The notes: generated by a model not told the origin, from the sequence alone. A stretch of DNA of 64,000 nt from Octopus sinensis (GCF_006345805.1 NC_043005.1:24676001-24740000); one strand, 5' to 3'; shown: positions 38,065-52,386, counted from the first letter of the stretch. Translations and numbers: made by a program.

Positions 38065-41000
38065 CATACACATATACACACACACATATAAATGACTGAC
38101 TTCTTTTAGTTTCTGTCTACCAATTCCACTTGCAAAACTTTGCTTGGCTTTGGGGGTGTAGTAGAAGGCACCCAATAACCTAAGAGGAAAAATTCAGGGT
38201 GGCCTATGGCATGAATTTGGATTACTAAGGCAAATAAAAATATACAAAATACAATACAAGATATATTCCTGGTTTATTGAAATTATCTTTGCTTTGAGAA
38301 TAAACAGAAACCTATTGGCACTTGAGACAGGCTCTGCTCAAGGAGAAATATTCTCAAGACTCAAGAATTTTTTTGGAATTAATATTCTATTAAAGAAAAG
38401 TCTGGTTTCTTTTCCTGCAGACAAGAGGACAGTTTTAGACATGTTTCTGCCTCAATAGGCATTATCAGTGTAGTCATCTTACATGGACTCCAGCTAGACA
38501 TGAGATTTAGATGTATGTATGTATGTATACAAAAGATAGAGAACATTCATGTCTTAAATTAGTTTGTATGAATAAAAACAAAAATCACATTGCGTTAATT
38601 ATAGCTCTTGGAATGTTCTTGATTGAGTTATGAATAATGTTTTCTCACTCTTGCATAAAATACCAAAATATGTAATAGATAGATATACTAGGACATTGGA
38701 AATGAGAAATTATAAGCATGGTTAATATTCAGGGTTTCTCAGAAAATGCTCATTAGCAGAATTGTTTACAGGAAATCTTGCAGTAACCATGCTGTAAAAT
38801 GTAAGTTACAGAAAATTCTACTTAAAAATATATGGTGTACTTTCTTTAGGTATTGAGTACTTTGTTTTTCCTATATCAATATTAGATACTTTATTCATTC
38901 ACTGCATGTGTATGTACACATAGAAACACATACACAGATAGACATACAAACAAACATAATCACTTATATACAAACTACAATACAAGATATATTCCTGGTT
39001 TATTGAAATTATCTTTGCTTTGAGAATAAACAGAAACCTATTGGCACTTGTGACAGGCTCTGCTCAAGGAGAAATATTCTCAAGACTCAAGAATTTTTTT
39101 GGAATTGACATTCTATTAAAGAAAAGTCTGGTTTCTTTTCCTGCAGACAAGAAACAGTATGGCTGTAGCCCAATGACTGAAATAAGTAAAAGATAAAAGA
39201 TGTGTGTGTGAATGTGTTCTGTGCATATATTTAGGTTAGATAGCTTCCTCCAACCACTCACAGAGGTCCTGAAAGGTCATGAACACTGAACAACCTTCAT
39301 ACAAATAAAAGCTTTCTCTCTCGCTATAAATACACACACACACGCACACACTCACGTTTAATAAAGTAGCAATACGATCCTAGTGTTTATCCTTCTTTAA
39401 TTCTTGCCTTCTGTTTAGTCCCGTGTCTACTATAGGATGTGAACCTTGCTCCTCTTCTCCACAATATCATATTAACATCAACAACAGTAACAAGGAAATA
39501 AAAAATATATATTAGAACCTTACATATCGTCATGCTTTATTTTATGGCATTTTTATTTACAGAATCAGTCGAGCAACAGCCGAATATGTGAGGCAGTGCA
39601 CTTATTCGTTCATACTTGCATGCAGTTTGATATTATCTTCTTTAGTTCTGATTTCACATCATTGCTGCGTCAAATTTGCCTTTTGTTGTTGTTCTAGTAA
39701 CAGTACCAGTAATACATTGAGGCTGTCTCAATCAATTATGTACACCCTTCCCACAGCAAAATCTTTGCATATCTCATTTGAGCCAATCCTTATCTATGAT
39801 GTAATCAGAATGTCGTTGTTATTAAATTCCTTGCTTTGTACGCTGTATTGTACTGTGTGTGTGTGATTCCGGATGGATAACATTCTAGGAAGAGAAAACA
39901 ATGAGTTTTTGGTGTATCTCTTGTAATGTATAGTTTGGGTGCTCTATTGTCCAATTATACAGTTTTTACATTTAATACACAGCCAATTTTATTTCGTTGT
40001 AGTGATGAACTATTTTCTGTTTTAATGCAAATACGTAATAACACGTTTTAGACAGAATATTCGTGCGGTACTTTTAATCACATATAAAGGGAGAGTTCAC
40101 GTTGGTAATACTCATCTGTCCGTATTGGTTTAACCGTCGGAAAATGATGTCCGACCTCAGGGGAAATTACTCTTCATAATAGCTTTATTCTGAGGGAGAT
40201 AACTTTAACGTGAAGGGTATATGATGACCAATGGATTGACAAATATCCTGGAAGCCTTCATTAAACATGGAACGTTGGAGACAAGTTATTTCTTGTATGT
40301 TTTAAACCAGGTTTGATGAATATTAATGCACGGAGTTGTGCAAAGCCTTCGTAAATGAAGAAAACACAAACGTTAAATTGTTTCTGTGTCTCTTCCTTCA
40401 TTCTTTTATTTGTCTCCGTCATTTGACTGCGGCTATGCTATAAATCAACCCCAGGACTAATTCTTAGTCTATATATATATACTAATAGAGGTCTCAAAGT
40501 GACGGAAGGTGATGACTAACACCGCTTATGCGAAAATAAGTGTTAAATTAACTCCAAAGTCATTACGTATTCTATCTAATGACTGCTAAAGGGAGGCAAG
40601 TCCCTAGCGTATATAGCCGTATCACGATTTCGAATTTTACTGTAGCCCACTTTAATTCTCATCAGCGGCTCTTAACGCTTAGGGTTAAACTCGACTTCTT
40701 TTGTCAATCTTATAAGAAAAACTGTTGAAAACGTGTTGATTTTCGAAACGGTAAAAGTGTAAGCAACAAATTAAATGGGTAGCTTATGAGCAATTAGAAC
40801 CTAAAAGCAAAAAATTAATAAAGGTCACAAAAGTTTAACTCTTAATAAAACAAAAAAAAAAAAATGAAAATTTAATAAACATGAAAAGTGAAAATATTAA
40901 ACATCGTATTGAATCTGATATTTTTATAACAAAGCATATCATTCCTAATGAGAAGGCCAAACATCAACAATGTGTTGAAGTATTGAATCAAAAGGATCTA

Positions 41001-41607
41001 ACCCTTGTAGCCATATAAATCTCTTGTAGCCATGTAAACTCAGCTTTTTTAGTCGGGAGATAACTCAGTTTTTTAATGGCAATTTTTTTAATGGGGGTGA
41101 GATAAACAAAAAGTACCAAACTTTTTTAAACAATTGAATTTTATTTTAACCAATGAAAACAGTTTCTTGTGAAAATAAAAAATCACAGACGACAATAAAG
41201 AAATCTGACGAACAGACCGGACACCGAAGGTAACACTGTTCTCTTTCCCGCGGATAGTTGGACATGTGAGAGCTTAAAAGGTTTCGTGAAATCTTCTCTT
41301 TGGAATTTTTAGAAATAAAACTTGACAAATGAAGAATGGGAAAACGTCATTTCTATCTTTTATTTATTTATTTATTTTACTTGTTTCAGTCATTAGAATG
41401 CGACCATGCTGGGGCACCGCCTTGAAAAATTTTTAGTCGAATGAATCGACCCCGGGACTTTTTTTTTTAAAGCCTGGTACTTATTCTATTGATTTCTTTT
41501 ACTGAACCGTTGAGTTACGAGGTCGTAAACACACCAACACCAGTTGTCAAGCGGTGATGAGGGGCAAACACAAATGTACACATACACACACACACACGCA
41601 CACACAC

Positions 41608-41667
<60 letters not shown>

Positions 41668-43475
41668 TACACACACACACACACAGAAAGGGCTTCTTTT
41701 AGTTTCCGTGTACGAAATCCACTCACTTTAGTCGGTTTGAAGCTTTAGTAGAAGACATTTGCCCAAGGTGACACGCAGTGGGACTGAACCCGGATTGGGG
41801 AGCAAAATTCTATATAAAAATTTTAATGAATTTTTCAATGTTTTTTTCTATTTTCTTGTTTGATCGCATATATTAGAACTAATTATTATCGTAAAACGAG
41901 GTATACTTGCCATTTTTGTCTGGTACCGGTGCAAAGTAGGATAGCAATTGAGAAAATGGAAACCTCAGTATTTCACTGGTTCTTTGTTTCAAATACTGTG
42001 GAAAAATAAAAGGTAAAGTTGACCTCAACGAGATTTGAACTCAGACTGTAGAAAGCCAGCAGATATACCACATGACATTTTGTCTGACGCTCTAACGATT
42101 TTGCCAATTTAATGCAGGAATTTATGCTAATAGTATTGTCTGGCATTCTGACCTGCTAACTGCGTAATATCGTTCAAGGACATATGCAAAAGAGACAGAA
42201 AGTTGATTGAGAAATGGTGTTGATATTACAGAGAAGAGTTGGAGAATCATAGCGCTGTCGAAGAGAAAGTACATTGAGAAAAGAAGGGAGTTGAACGAAA
42301 TAGGGGAAGAGGAGAACTGAATAAGTAATGGAAATGAGGATGAGAATTAAACATTTAAGTATACATTAACGATGCGGCTATCATTTACTGAAATATAATG
42401 AAGTGTAAAGAAATGCGTAGGTTTACACTGAAAGGAAACTACAGATAAGAAATTATGAAAATAGGAAAGATCTACATAGAAGTTTGAAAAAATTGTATAT
42501 GGTTCATGTAGGATCGTCAATGGATAAATTAAAGGATTAATGCAAAAATGATGTAGAGAATTACTGCATGAATGTTCCGTGTAAAAAATCGCCACGATGA
42601 GGCAAAGTTGATCGATGGAATTACCACAGACTTTGTAATTTCCCATAGTGCTGAATGTAGGTACTGTCACCCAGCCAGGTCAAAAGACCACGTGAATGGG
42701 AGAGAGGTCGTAAGGTTCACCTCATTACTGTAATTAGGATGGCTGATGCATATCCTGTTAGACGAAATTTCAGATCTGTGTGATAAGTGCGCTTCTGTAC
42801 AGAAGATACAGAGGTCCTGGAAAGCAGAGCCCTTCCCGGTGAAAAAAAAAAAAAAAAGGAATTAGATAAAGAATCTGGTGTGCAGAACATAGTCATCTTA
42901 GGCTAATATTGATCTCTTGCAACCCAGGCTTCTTGATATGATAACGAGATTGTACTAGAAAGTCCCGAAATATCAAGTAAAGTCCCTGAAATATTACAGA
43001 TGAGTTCTGAACTCGAACGTGAAGTGCCGGATGCTGCACTTCACGTCCGGTGCTATAACGATTTTGCTAGCTCACTACCTTAATAATGATAATAATAATA
43101 ATAATAATAATAATGATAATAATAATAATAATAATAATTATAATAACAAGAAGCATGAAACATATATATATATAGATACACCTTTCCCCTCTCCCATGTC
43201 ATTAAACAAATATATACCCCCCACGGAAAAATAGAGGTGGATATTAATGTTTTGCTTGTTTCTTTGTCTCGTTTGACTATTATTTGTTCATAATTATTGA
43301 AGCGGTGTTCTTTCAAATTCTCTACGCTAATACAAAAGACCCGGAGTCTAGTACTAACACGAAATGGTTAATGACAATTAGCCAAAACTCATGTCGGATT
43401 AGAGGAAATATGAACAATGACAAATAGTAAAAAAATGGAAACAATAATATCATTGATGATAATAATAATAATAAT

Positions 43476-46400
43476 GAAAGGAAGCGGTTGGAATCTCCCC
43501 ATGTCCTGATCGATGATACATCTAGTGATGGTATCACAATAAAAACACTGGTAATTGCGCAACCTGATAATCGCTACCTCATATGAGTGTGTGAATAACG
43601 GTGGTAATGAAACTAAAGCCCTTGATGGTGACAGTGTTACACCCGGCAGGCTCAGAGATGCTGGTCCGACTTCAGCTTGTCGTTATCCAACAATGGACCA
43701 GCGCACATGGCATAGATGGAACAAACAAATCAATGCTGTGGTCATGGTGTGTTACTACCTGAGAAACCCGTAAACGAAAATGGTGTTCATATTAGGGGAT
43801 ACCGATAACGTATGTATGATCAATGGAGAGAAAGGGAATTGTTTCAATACACGGAACAGAGATGGTGTGATCAAGCTAGAGCAGAGCTAGAAGCTATCAA
43901 AAGACGGGTATTAGAAAACAGCAGCAGTGGAAACGATGAAAATACAGATCTTATAAAAGGAAATCTCATAGCAGAAAACAGAGGTGAGATCTCTAATAAA
44001 CCACCGGAAAGGAATAGTGATAACTTTCTCGATGAGAACCATAGAGATTTTCTGGAAGAAGACAATAAAACTAATGGTGACATGACAAAGGGGCAAAAGG
44101 TAATCTACGACAGAATAAAGGTAAGGCTTACAGGTTGATCGGTGGAAATTGAACCAAGAAACGAAAAATGTGAATGAAATTCTGAAATACACCAGAACAA
44201 AAAACATCACAGAAACAAACAATTTGATCAAGGCAGCAAGTATTGTTGTAGCAGAAAATGTGGGTGCTGATGTCAAGAAGTGACAAAAGAAAAGCTCCAT
44301 GATGGAAATAAATAATACAAGGGGTTAGATATGCTCTCGAAAGACATTTCTGTGTTAGACCGAGAAGGGGGAGCTTAAAAGCGAACAAAAATACAGGGCA
44401 CTGAACAGAAAGTATGATATTGAAATAAAGGGCCTGAAAGTGATAATGGAAGAACTGAAACAGCGCCTCGTTGCAAAGAAAGCAAAGATGGTAGGATACG
44501 ACCAAAGAATGAAGGGATACTAGCAGAAGAGGTTATTCAGAGTAGATCAGAATAGATTCTAGAAATAAATAAATGTAGAGTGTACAGATGAAATGTTGAT
44601 ACCAGATAACATTGAAAGTCAAATGTTTTGGAGTGACATCTGGAGCAAAGACAAGGGGCACAAGAAGGACGCTGAATGGTTTCAAGAACTGAAACAAACA
44701 GTAGTCTGTCCAAAACAGGCAGAAATAGTCATTTCAGTTAGGGAAGTGAAGGAAATCAGCAAAAATAATAAATATATAAATAAAATAAAAAAATTAAAGA
44801 GTGGGCAACTAGAAGACCCCGGGACCACGTGGAATTCAAGACTACTGGATCAAAAGATTTGGTGAATGTCATGCACGAATAACTGCACAACTCAACACCT
44901 TGTTAAATGCCGATCAAGTAACACCAGGGTGGTTGACATTGGGTAGGACAGTACTGTGCCTGAAAAGCATAAAAAAAAGGCAATACGGTAGATAATTACA
45001 GGCCGATATTCTGCTTGCCACTTATATGGAAATTATTGACTGGAATATTCGCAGAGTCAATGTACAGATGGAGTCCTGCTACATGAGCAGAAGGGGTGCA
45101 AGCGTAAGTGCAGATGTACCAAGGATCAACTTCTGGTAGACAAAACTGTACTTAGAGACTGCAAACGGAGGAAAACTAACTTAACCATGTCATGGATCGA
45201 TTATAATAAGGCATACGATATGATCCCACATTCTTGGATAATGGAATGTATGAACCTATTTGGTATTACATCGAATGTTGAACGATTGCTTGGAAAAAGT
45301 GTGGTGAAGTGGAGGACGGAATTGACAGCATATGAAAGAAGTTTAGGCTCAATAGAAATCAGGAGGCATCTTCCAAGGGGACTGCCTGGTTCCACTGATA
45401 TTCGTACTGTGCATGATATCACTAACACTGACTTTGAGGAAAGCAAAAGCTGGGTATGTCTTCAAAAGCCGCCAACAAAAAGTCAATCACTTGTTATTCA
45501 TGGATGACCTCATACTTTATGGCAACGATGAAGCCCAAGTCAGTTCCCCCGTTGATACGGTGTATACCTTCAGTGCTGATATCAGAATTGAGTTCGGACT
45601 GAAAAAGTGTGGTGTGTTAGTCTGGAAGAGAGGCAAAATTAAATGTATGAACGGGCTAGCGATACCGTTGTGGGAGGTTACGAAGAGACGGGATATAAGT
45701 ACTTGGGAATATTGGAAATGGATAAACTGATGGAGAAAGAAATGACAGAAAAATTTAAGGTGGAGTACTTGTGAAAACTGAGACTGATCCTTAAGTCGAA
45801 ATTAAATGGACAGAATAAGATTGAAGCTATCAACACCTGAGCGGTTTCACTCCTTAGATAAGGAGCAGGAGTAATCACATTGACAGTAGACGAACTAAAC
45901 AGCTTAGACAGAAAGACAAGGAAGGTGCTGACCAGATATGGGATACTCCTCCCAAAAAGTGACACAGACAGACGGTATGTACCAAGAAGAAGAGGGGAAG
46001 AGGACTTATTGGATGCGAACACTACATTAGAGTAGAAGAAAACAACATAGCATATTATGTAAAAAAAAAATGCCACAGAACCGCTATTATTAGAAGTAAG
46101 AAGGTCAGGCTTGTGTAGGATGAAAGACTGCAAAGATAAAGCACTGTACAAGAAATTTAAAACGAATGAAATTGAAAATAGGTGGGTAAAAAGAATGCAT
46201 GGACAATTTCATAGGGATTTTGAAGATAAGACAGACAGAGAAAAAATATGGCTTTGGAGGACTAAAAGCAATTCAAAACCGGAAACGGAGGATCTAATCT
46301 GTGCTGTGCAAGAGCAAGCATTAAGAACCAGTTACATCAAATACAGTATAGACAACACATCAGAAAGTGATAAGTGCAGAATCTGTGGACAAAATTGTGA

Positions 46401-46756
46401 AACCGTATCGCATATTACCAGTCAATATACGTTACTAGCCCAGAGAGAATATAAGCGACGTCAACATAACAAGGATTGACCGTTGGACGCTTTGCAACAA
46501 AAATGGACTTGGTACTAGTACCAATAATTGTCGGAGCCCTGGGAACAGTGAGTAAAAATCTTGAGAAGTACACGGAACAAATAGGGGCTGCAATAAGGGT
46601 GGAGCCCTTGCAGAAAACAGTACTGCTTGGAACTGCTCGAATAGTCTGGAAGGTGTTCGAAAATTAAGGGGTGTTACTTTAGTTCACTGATAGTGGACAG
46701 CTGACACCGTAGTGCATTTCCAGCGTTAGAAGCTGCGCAAAGACAATATGATAATA
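43476..46756 (+). mobile_element. Near-full-length decayed R4/Dong-clade non-LTR retrotransposon
   Basis: N-terminal WNKQINAVVMVCYY and EQRWCDQAR; RT motifs [29 protein letters not shown] (45497-45508); zinc knuckle CRICGQNCETVSH; C-terminal VPIIVGALG...LLGTARI; many stops; (AAT)n upstream. Confidence 0.9.
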
Positions 46757-48166
46757 GATTCATATTATTTTTCTTTGATTACAGGAATTGGACGAAGTTC
46801 CACAATACAAACAATCCTTTGCCACTTGTTATGTGTGATACATAGGTTATACGTTCTCTTTTTTTTAGCGAGGCACGAACGCAAGGATGTCAAGGCGACA
46901 TTATATAGATCCATTGTTGCTCAGAAGAAATATTTATGATCTTCGGGGAAGCCTTCAATTTGCTGATTACCGAATTAATTTGGCTTGCAGGCTGTAGTAT
47001 TGAGCATGGTTAGATTGCCATTCCTATGTTTAATAGGTCTATTCGGCGGAATGCAACGTATTATGTGCATAAATCAGCAGATAATATCGTCGTATAATAA
47101 AGCAGGATATATCGCTTAGTAGAATAGAAGCTACTCATCCGTTTGTACATAAACGAAGTAGTTTTTTTTTGCGAGCGATTTACTCTGGTACCTCTATGCA
47201 TGAAGCTTTCCATGTTACAGTTGAAGTCACATGATGTCACCATGACATTTTTGCTGACCAATCAGAAAAGTACGTTCTGTTCGCTATCTTGTTATATATT
47301 CTTTTGTATGTTTCATCCAAAATGGCTGGTTGACAAAGCAGGTGTTTAGCATATGTGGTAACTGAGTTTCAGTCAGCTGGTTTTAACTGATCGAATTAAG
47401 TGTGTGTGTGTGATTTCTCCCCTAACACGTGTGTTTGAAAAGCTGTAAACAGCGAAAGTACTTACACATGATACATTAGCTTACTTCCAAAAGGTTCATG
47501 CTATTTCTGATTTCTTTTAAAGATTTTTCAAATATAATTGATTATTTTTGATTTAAGAAAATTCTTCTTTACATGTGTTTATAATACATATTTTGAGATA
47601 TCTGTGTACAATCGATCGTGACTAATTCACCAGCTGTTCTCAGCACATAGTAGTATAAATTTGATGACATAGTTTACAGTAATTATCATAATTGTCATCG
47701 TTTTGACATTTATGAAGAAGCAGACATAGACAATACGAACACTGTCTAGTGTCTGTTGTCTATCTGTTAGCATAGCTGTCTGTCTATCTGTCTGTCTTTC
47801 GGTCTATCAGTTAGGTCTCTCTCTGTCTGTAATGCATTCGTTTTTCTGTGAGTAATGTTTTCACTGGAATATATATGACACTAGGCTTTACATAAAATTC
47901 GATATAATAAAAATGACTCAATTGAGCACGAATATGCATTTTGCTGTATTGACAAAAAAAAAGCATTAGACATAATATCAATATATCGACAAACAAATGT
48001 GTGCGTATATATATAACATATATATAGGTTACAATAACCTTCTTTAGCCCTTAATTATAAGATGTTTATACTTCAACCGTAAAGGTTTTTTTTAATATAC
48101 TGCCACGCTTTTTGATGGAATCCTTTTCTGTAGAGAAAGGGACTTCATCCTATATTGTTAGTAGTA

Positions 48167-48217
<51 letters not shown>

Positions 48218-48313
48218 ATAAATAATATGTATGTATCAAAATGTGACCGCGTGTGTACCGTTGGCGATTTTTTTTCTTCTGTCTTCCCTTCTCGGGATCT
48301 TTCCTTCTCCTAT

Positions 48314-48348
48314 GTTTCCGACGAAGAGCTCCGCTCGAAACGTTAAAC
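48314..48348 (+). ncRNA. Degenerate minimal hammerhead-like motif in a Penelope-like repeat remnant
   Basis: GTTT-CCGACGA-A-GAGC-TCC-GCTC-GAAACGTT-AAAC; core differs from CUGANGA at U4. Confidence 0.45.
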
Positions 48349-48484
48349 CCTCCTTCTTCCCTTCTTTCCTGAGCGTCCAATAATACTATATTTGTTCCAC
48401 GTCCTCGCGTTGTTGCGTTTTTTTTTGTGTTTTCTTGTTTGGATTAACTTTATATATATATATATATATAATATAAATAATATA

Positions 48485-48520
<36 letters not shown>

Positions 48521-48699
48521 TGTATGTATGTATGTATGTATGTATGTATGTATGTATGTATGTATGCATGTATGTATGTATGCATGTATGTATGTATGTA
48601 TGTTAAATCAGGTCACTCTTGTTGCTACTAGAAACATGTAATCCTGCACGACCTGTCGCATGCTCGAACCATCGGCGACTAAACCAGCAACCCCGCAAA

Positions 48700-48880
48700 G
48701 CCTGCTTTAAAATTGGCGAGAAGGTTTTTTATGAGCGCATATAAGAATGGAAAGCAGGGTTGGGGAGATGGCACAACTACCAAATGCCTAGGTAAAATGG
48801 TGTATTGGGTAAAAAGTAGAAAAGGCATTCAAAAGAGACACAAAATTTGTGGAAAGCGAACCAAAGAAGCTGGAGGAAGC
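48700..48880 (+). mobile_element. Gypsy-type integrase C-terminal remnant
   Basis: FKIGEKV..MSAYKNGKQGWGDGTTTKCLGKMVYWVK..KRH resembles the gypsy integrase tail. Confidence 0.55.
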
Positions 48881-49186
48881 GATGGAATGGTTTTACGGTA
48901 CGTTCCAAATACCAACGCCACTGCAGGTGATTGAACCCAGGCGTACAAGGTGAGATGAAAAGAAAACATGCGATATTCCTGAAAATTGATGCCGAGCGCC
49001 TCCACGTATGTGTATGTTGGTATGTTTACGTCCCCCGTAATCTAGCATTTCGGCAAAAGATAGTGATAGAATAAGTATTATGTTTAGAAATAAGTCCTGG
49101 GATCGATTTCTTCGCCTAAAAAACTTTCAAGGAGTTGCTTCAGTATGGCCACATTAAGTGACTCAAACGAGTAATAGAATAAAAGA

Positions 49187-49236
<50 letters not shown>

Positions 49237-49620
49237 AGGCGCGATGGCCTCCACACACAATGGTTAGGGACTCGCGGTCGTAGGAGCGTGGTTTCGATTC
49301 CCAGACCGGGCGTTGTGAGTGTTTATTGAGCGAAAACACCTAAAGATCCACGAGGCTCCAGCAGAAGGTGGTGGCGAACCCTGCTATACTCTTTCGCCAC
49401 AACTTTCTCTCACTCTTTCTTCTTGTTTCCATCGTACCATGTATTTCATAGGGCCAGCCTTGTCACACTCTGTGTCACGCTGAATCTCTCCCGAGAATTA
49501 CGTTAAGGGTACACGTGTCGGTGGAGTGCTCAGCCACTTGCACGTTAAATTTCACGAGCAGGCTGTTCCGTCGATTGGATCAACTGGAACGCTCGCCGTC
49601 GTAACCGACCGAGTGCCACG

Positions 49621-49677
<57 letters not shown>

Positions 49678-49866
49678 TATATTTCGTTGGGGATTTGGTT
49701 TGCAAGATTCTTTATGTGTTTATGTGAGTTCATTAGCTGAAGCATATTCTGTTGTGCCTGGGGAGAGTCATTCTCTTTTGTGCCTTATAATTTAACACAC
49801 TCACCGTAAAATTTCCACTTATTTCTTTTCTCTCTCTCTCTATATATATATACATACATACATACA

Positions 49867-49913
<47 letters not shown>

Positions 49914-49920
49914 TATATAT

Positions 49921-50011
<91 letters not shown>

Positions 50012-50888
50012 CGTATGTACAAGTTAACCGTCATATACTAAATGCAATGTCATTGCCACGCGCTTCTCTTATCTTAAACTGAGTTGTTTTCCAAACTTTC
50101 TGCAGGAAAGAGCAGCTAAATCTATTTGAAATCATGCTAATAACATCAATATCTTGATATGCAGTGACACCAATATGCATACATTATCTAATTCATGTAC
50201 ACGCACACTTACTCATGAATTTTCACAAACACGTCCTGGCAGAAATGGATACAGGTCTCTGAGCGATCGCTCGAAATGCTAGTGATAGCAGTTAAATACT
50301 CGACAAATCATACATCGACTGCTTGTAACAGGAAGGACACATTAGGCAATGTAGTTCCTGATATACAAACAGACAGGATAATCACGCCTGGAACGCTTTT
50401 CGTGGGTCTGTTCAAAAAGAAGCTTAACTGGGGGTTACACAGCAAAAAAACTAAGGGGTCCCCCACGCGATAACCAATGATAGAGGGAGCTCTGAGTGAC
50501 CACTAGAACTCTTAGAAATAGCAGCTAAGTGTCCCTTGTATAGCACATGATTTTTATTTTTGCAGTTTTATTGTTACGTCTTGTTCGTGCTCGTACTCAT
50601 TTTGCCCCGCTGCTTGGAATTTTATTTTAATTCTCTCGCAGGAAGGCCTATTGGATTAGTGTTCTGTCTCTGCCTTCGAAACATGCTTGACTCCACTAGC
50701 GACAGCTGATGACGGGGGTTTTGTCCTTGTGTAGCTCGTCCTGTAATTGTTTTTTCGTTTTTCCGTTTCTACGTCTTATTGTGATGTCCTGTACTCACGT
50801 ATAATTATTTATATATGCATGTATATATACATGTAGATGTAGGTACGTACATATATGTTTGTATGTATGCATATATTTTTATTTATCA

Positions 50889-50926
<38 letters not shown>

Positions 50927-50947
50927 CTGAGACCGTGTGCTGAAACA

Positions 50948-51187
50948 AAAACAATTGCAGCGTGGAAGGTGTTTACAAGCCATTTAAAAACGTACCAAAA
51001 CCGTTAGATTCACTTCAACATTTAAATTTAATTTGTCAAAATAATTTCGTCGCTTTGAGACCGTGCCCTGTTCACTAACAAACTTCTCTGCTGCATCTCA
51101 GTGAACATGTAGCAGTTTCAAAGCGACAAAAATATTTTGACAAATTAAATTTATGGCATATAAACACCTTCCACGCTGTAATTGTTT
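50948..51187. repeat. Nested foldback palindrome
   Basis: Outer arms 50948-50983 / 51152-51187; inner arms 51024-51060 / 51116-51152. Confidence 0.85.
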
Positions 51188-51587
51188 ATATATATCAACG
51201 GCAAAATGTCTGTGTGTCTGTGTGTCCTTTATACAAATTCACAGTTTGTCACGTAAAAGGCGCGCATTTTCTATGGGCTTTCAACACTGTCTGAGGGTGG
51301 TCGTGAAGATCTTTTCATTTCCCCCGGTCACCCCAGAAAGACATTAAAAATATCGATAAACCGACCCCTTATGCCGATAAGTTATGGGGATATGGGCATT
51401 GCCGAAGTCCAATGAATATTAATTACTCTCATACAAAGCTCCATCTAGCTCATAAACAACAAAACTGGCCTGGGCTGGAATGTGATAAGAAACTTAGCTC
51501 TTGATTTAGTGAGAAATTCTTACTGCGACCCGGCAACGTACAACAAGCACTAGCACTAGACCCGGCAACGCCGGGTCATAGTGCTAG
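51186..51587 (+). mobile_element. Non-autonomous Helitron
   Basis: Perfect hairpin GACCCGGC-AAC-GCCGGGTC (51559-51577) then CTAG|T; 5' end approximate. Confidence 0.72.
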
Positions 51588-51634
51588 TATCTATATATAT
51601 ATGTGTGTATATTATCATATATATGTATATATAT

Positions 51635-51685
<51 letters not shown>

Positions 51686-51855
51686 TATATATATAATATA
51701 TATTATATATATATATATATGCTATATTAAATCTCTGAGCGAGATATAATCAGATTTAATATAGCTTATTTCTCCCTTTTCGAGATCAGCGACGGTTTGT
51801 AATTGGAAAAAGCATGCAATATTTTGTGAGTGGAATGAGCTTTCATCACTAGCTG

Positions 51856-51914
51856 GTGATTAACACACGCTGAGGACGAGTAACTACCCAGAAACTCGAG
51901 TCCGTGTGTATCAC
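51856..51914 (+). ncRNA. Minimal type-I hammerhead ribozyme candidate
   Basis: ACACACG-CTGAGGA-(weak stem II)-GAAAC-TCGA-GTC|CGTGTGT; helix I extends by GTGAT/ATCAC. Confidence 0.65.
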
Positions 51915-52051
51915 GTAAGGCTAGCGATGGGAGCGATGACCTCCCCTCGTAAATACTAATCAGACACAGAATGCGTGTCGTTAGCCAGCTGGAAGAGATG
52001 TCTTCCTGGGGCTATAAACGTCAGTAGCCACACGTGGTTGGCAATCATATG

Positions 52052-52149
<98 letters not shown>

Positions 52150-52354
52150 TACATATGTATATGTAATATAATTTTCCGAATCTTCAGATTTTTCAATATG
52201 CTAGACCACTGGTTTTAAATTGATATTAATCAAATTAATATTCAATTTTTCACCCTTATTATTTAAATTTATATACATACATAGATATTGATGATTGATC
52301 ACTAGGTCCAAAAGATTTTTTATTCTCTCTCTGTTTATTTCTTTGTGTTCCTTT

Positions 52355-52386
52355 CTGTTGAAGAGCGTAGGCTTGAGACGTAAATG
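52355..52386 (+). ncRNA. Degenerate hammerhead-like motif, probably inactive
   Basis: CTTT-CTGTTGA-A-GAGC-GTAG-GCTT-GAGACGTA; core mutated. Confidence 0.3.

Noticed and set aside
46790-47350. Unique segment with E-box and CCAAT motifs (GTCACATGA, CCAATCAG)
   Set aside because: Promoter-like, but no downstream gene found; short motifs alone are insufficient.
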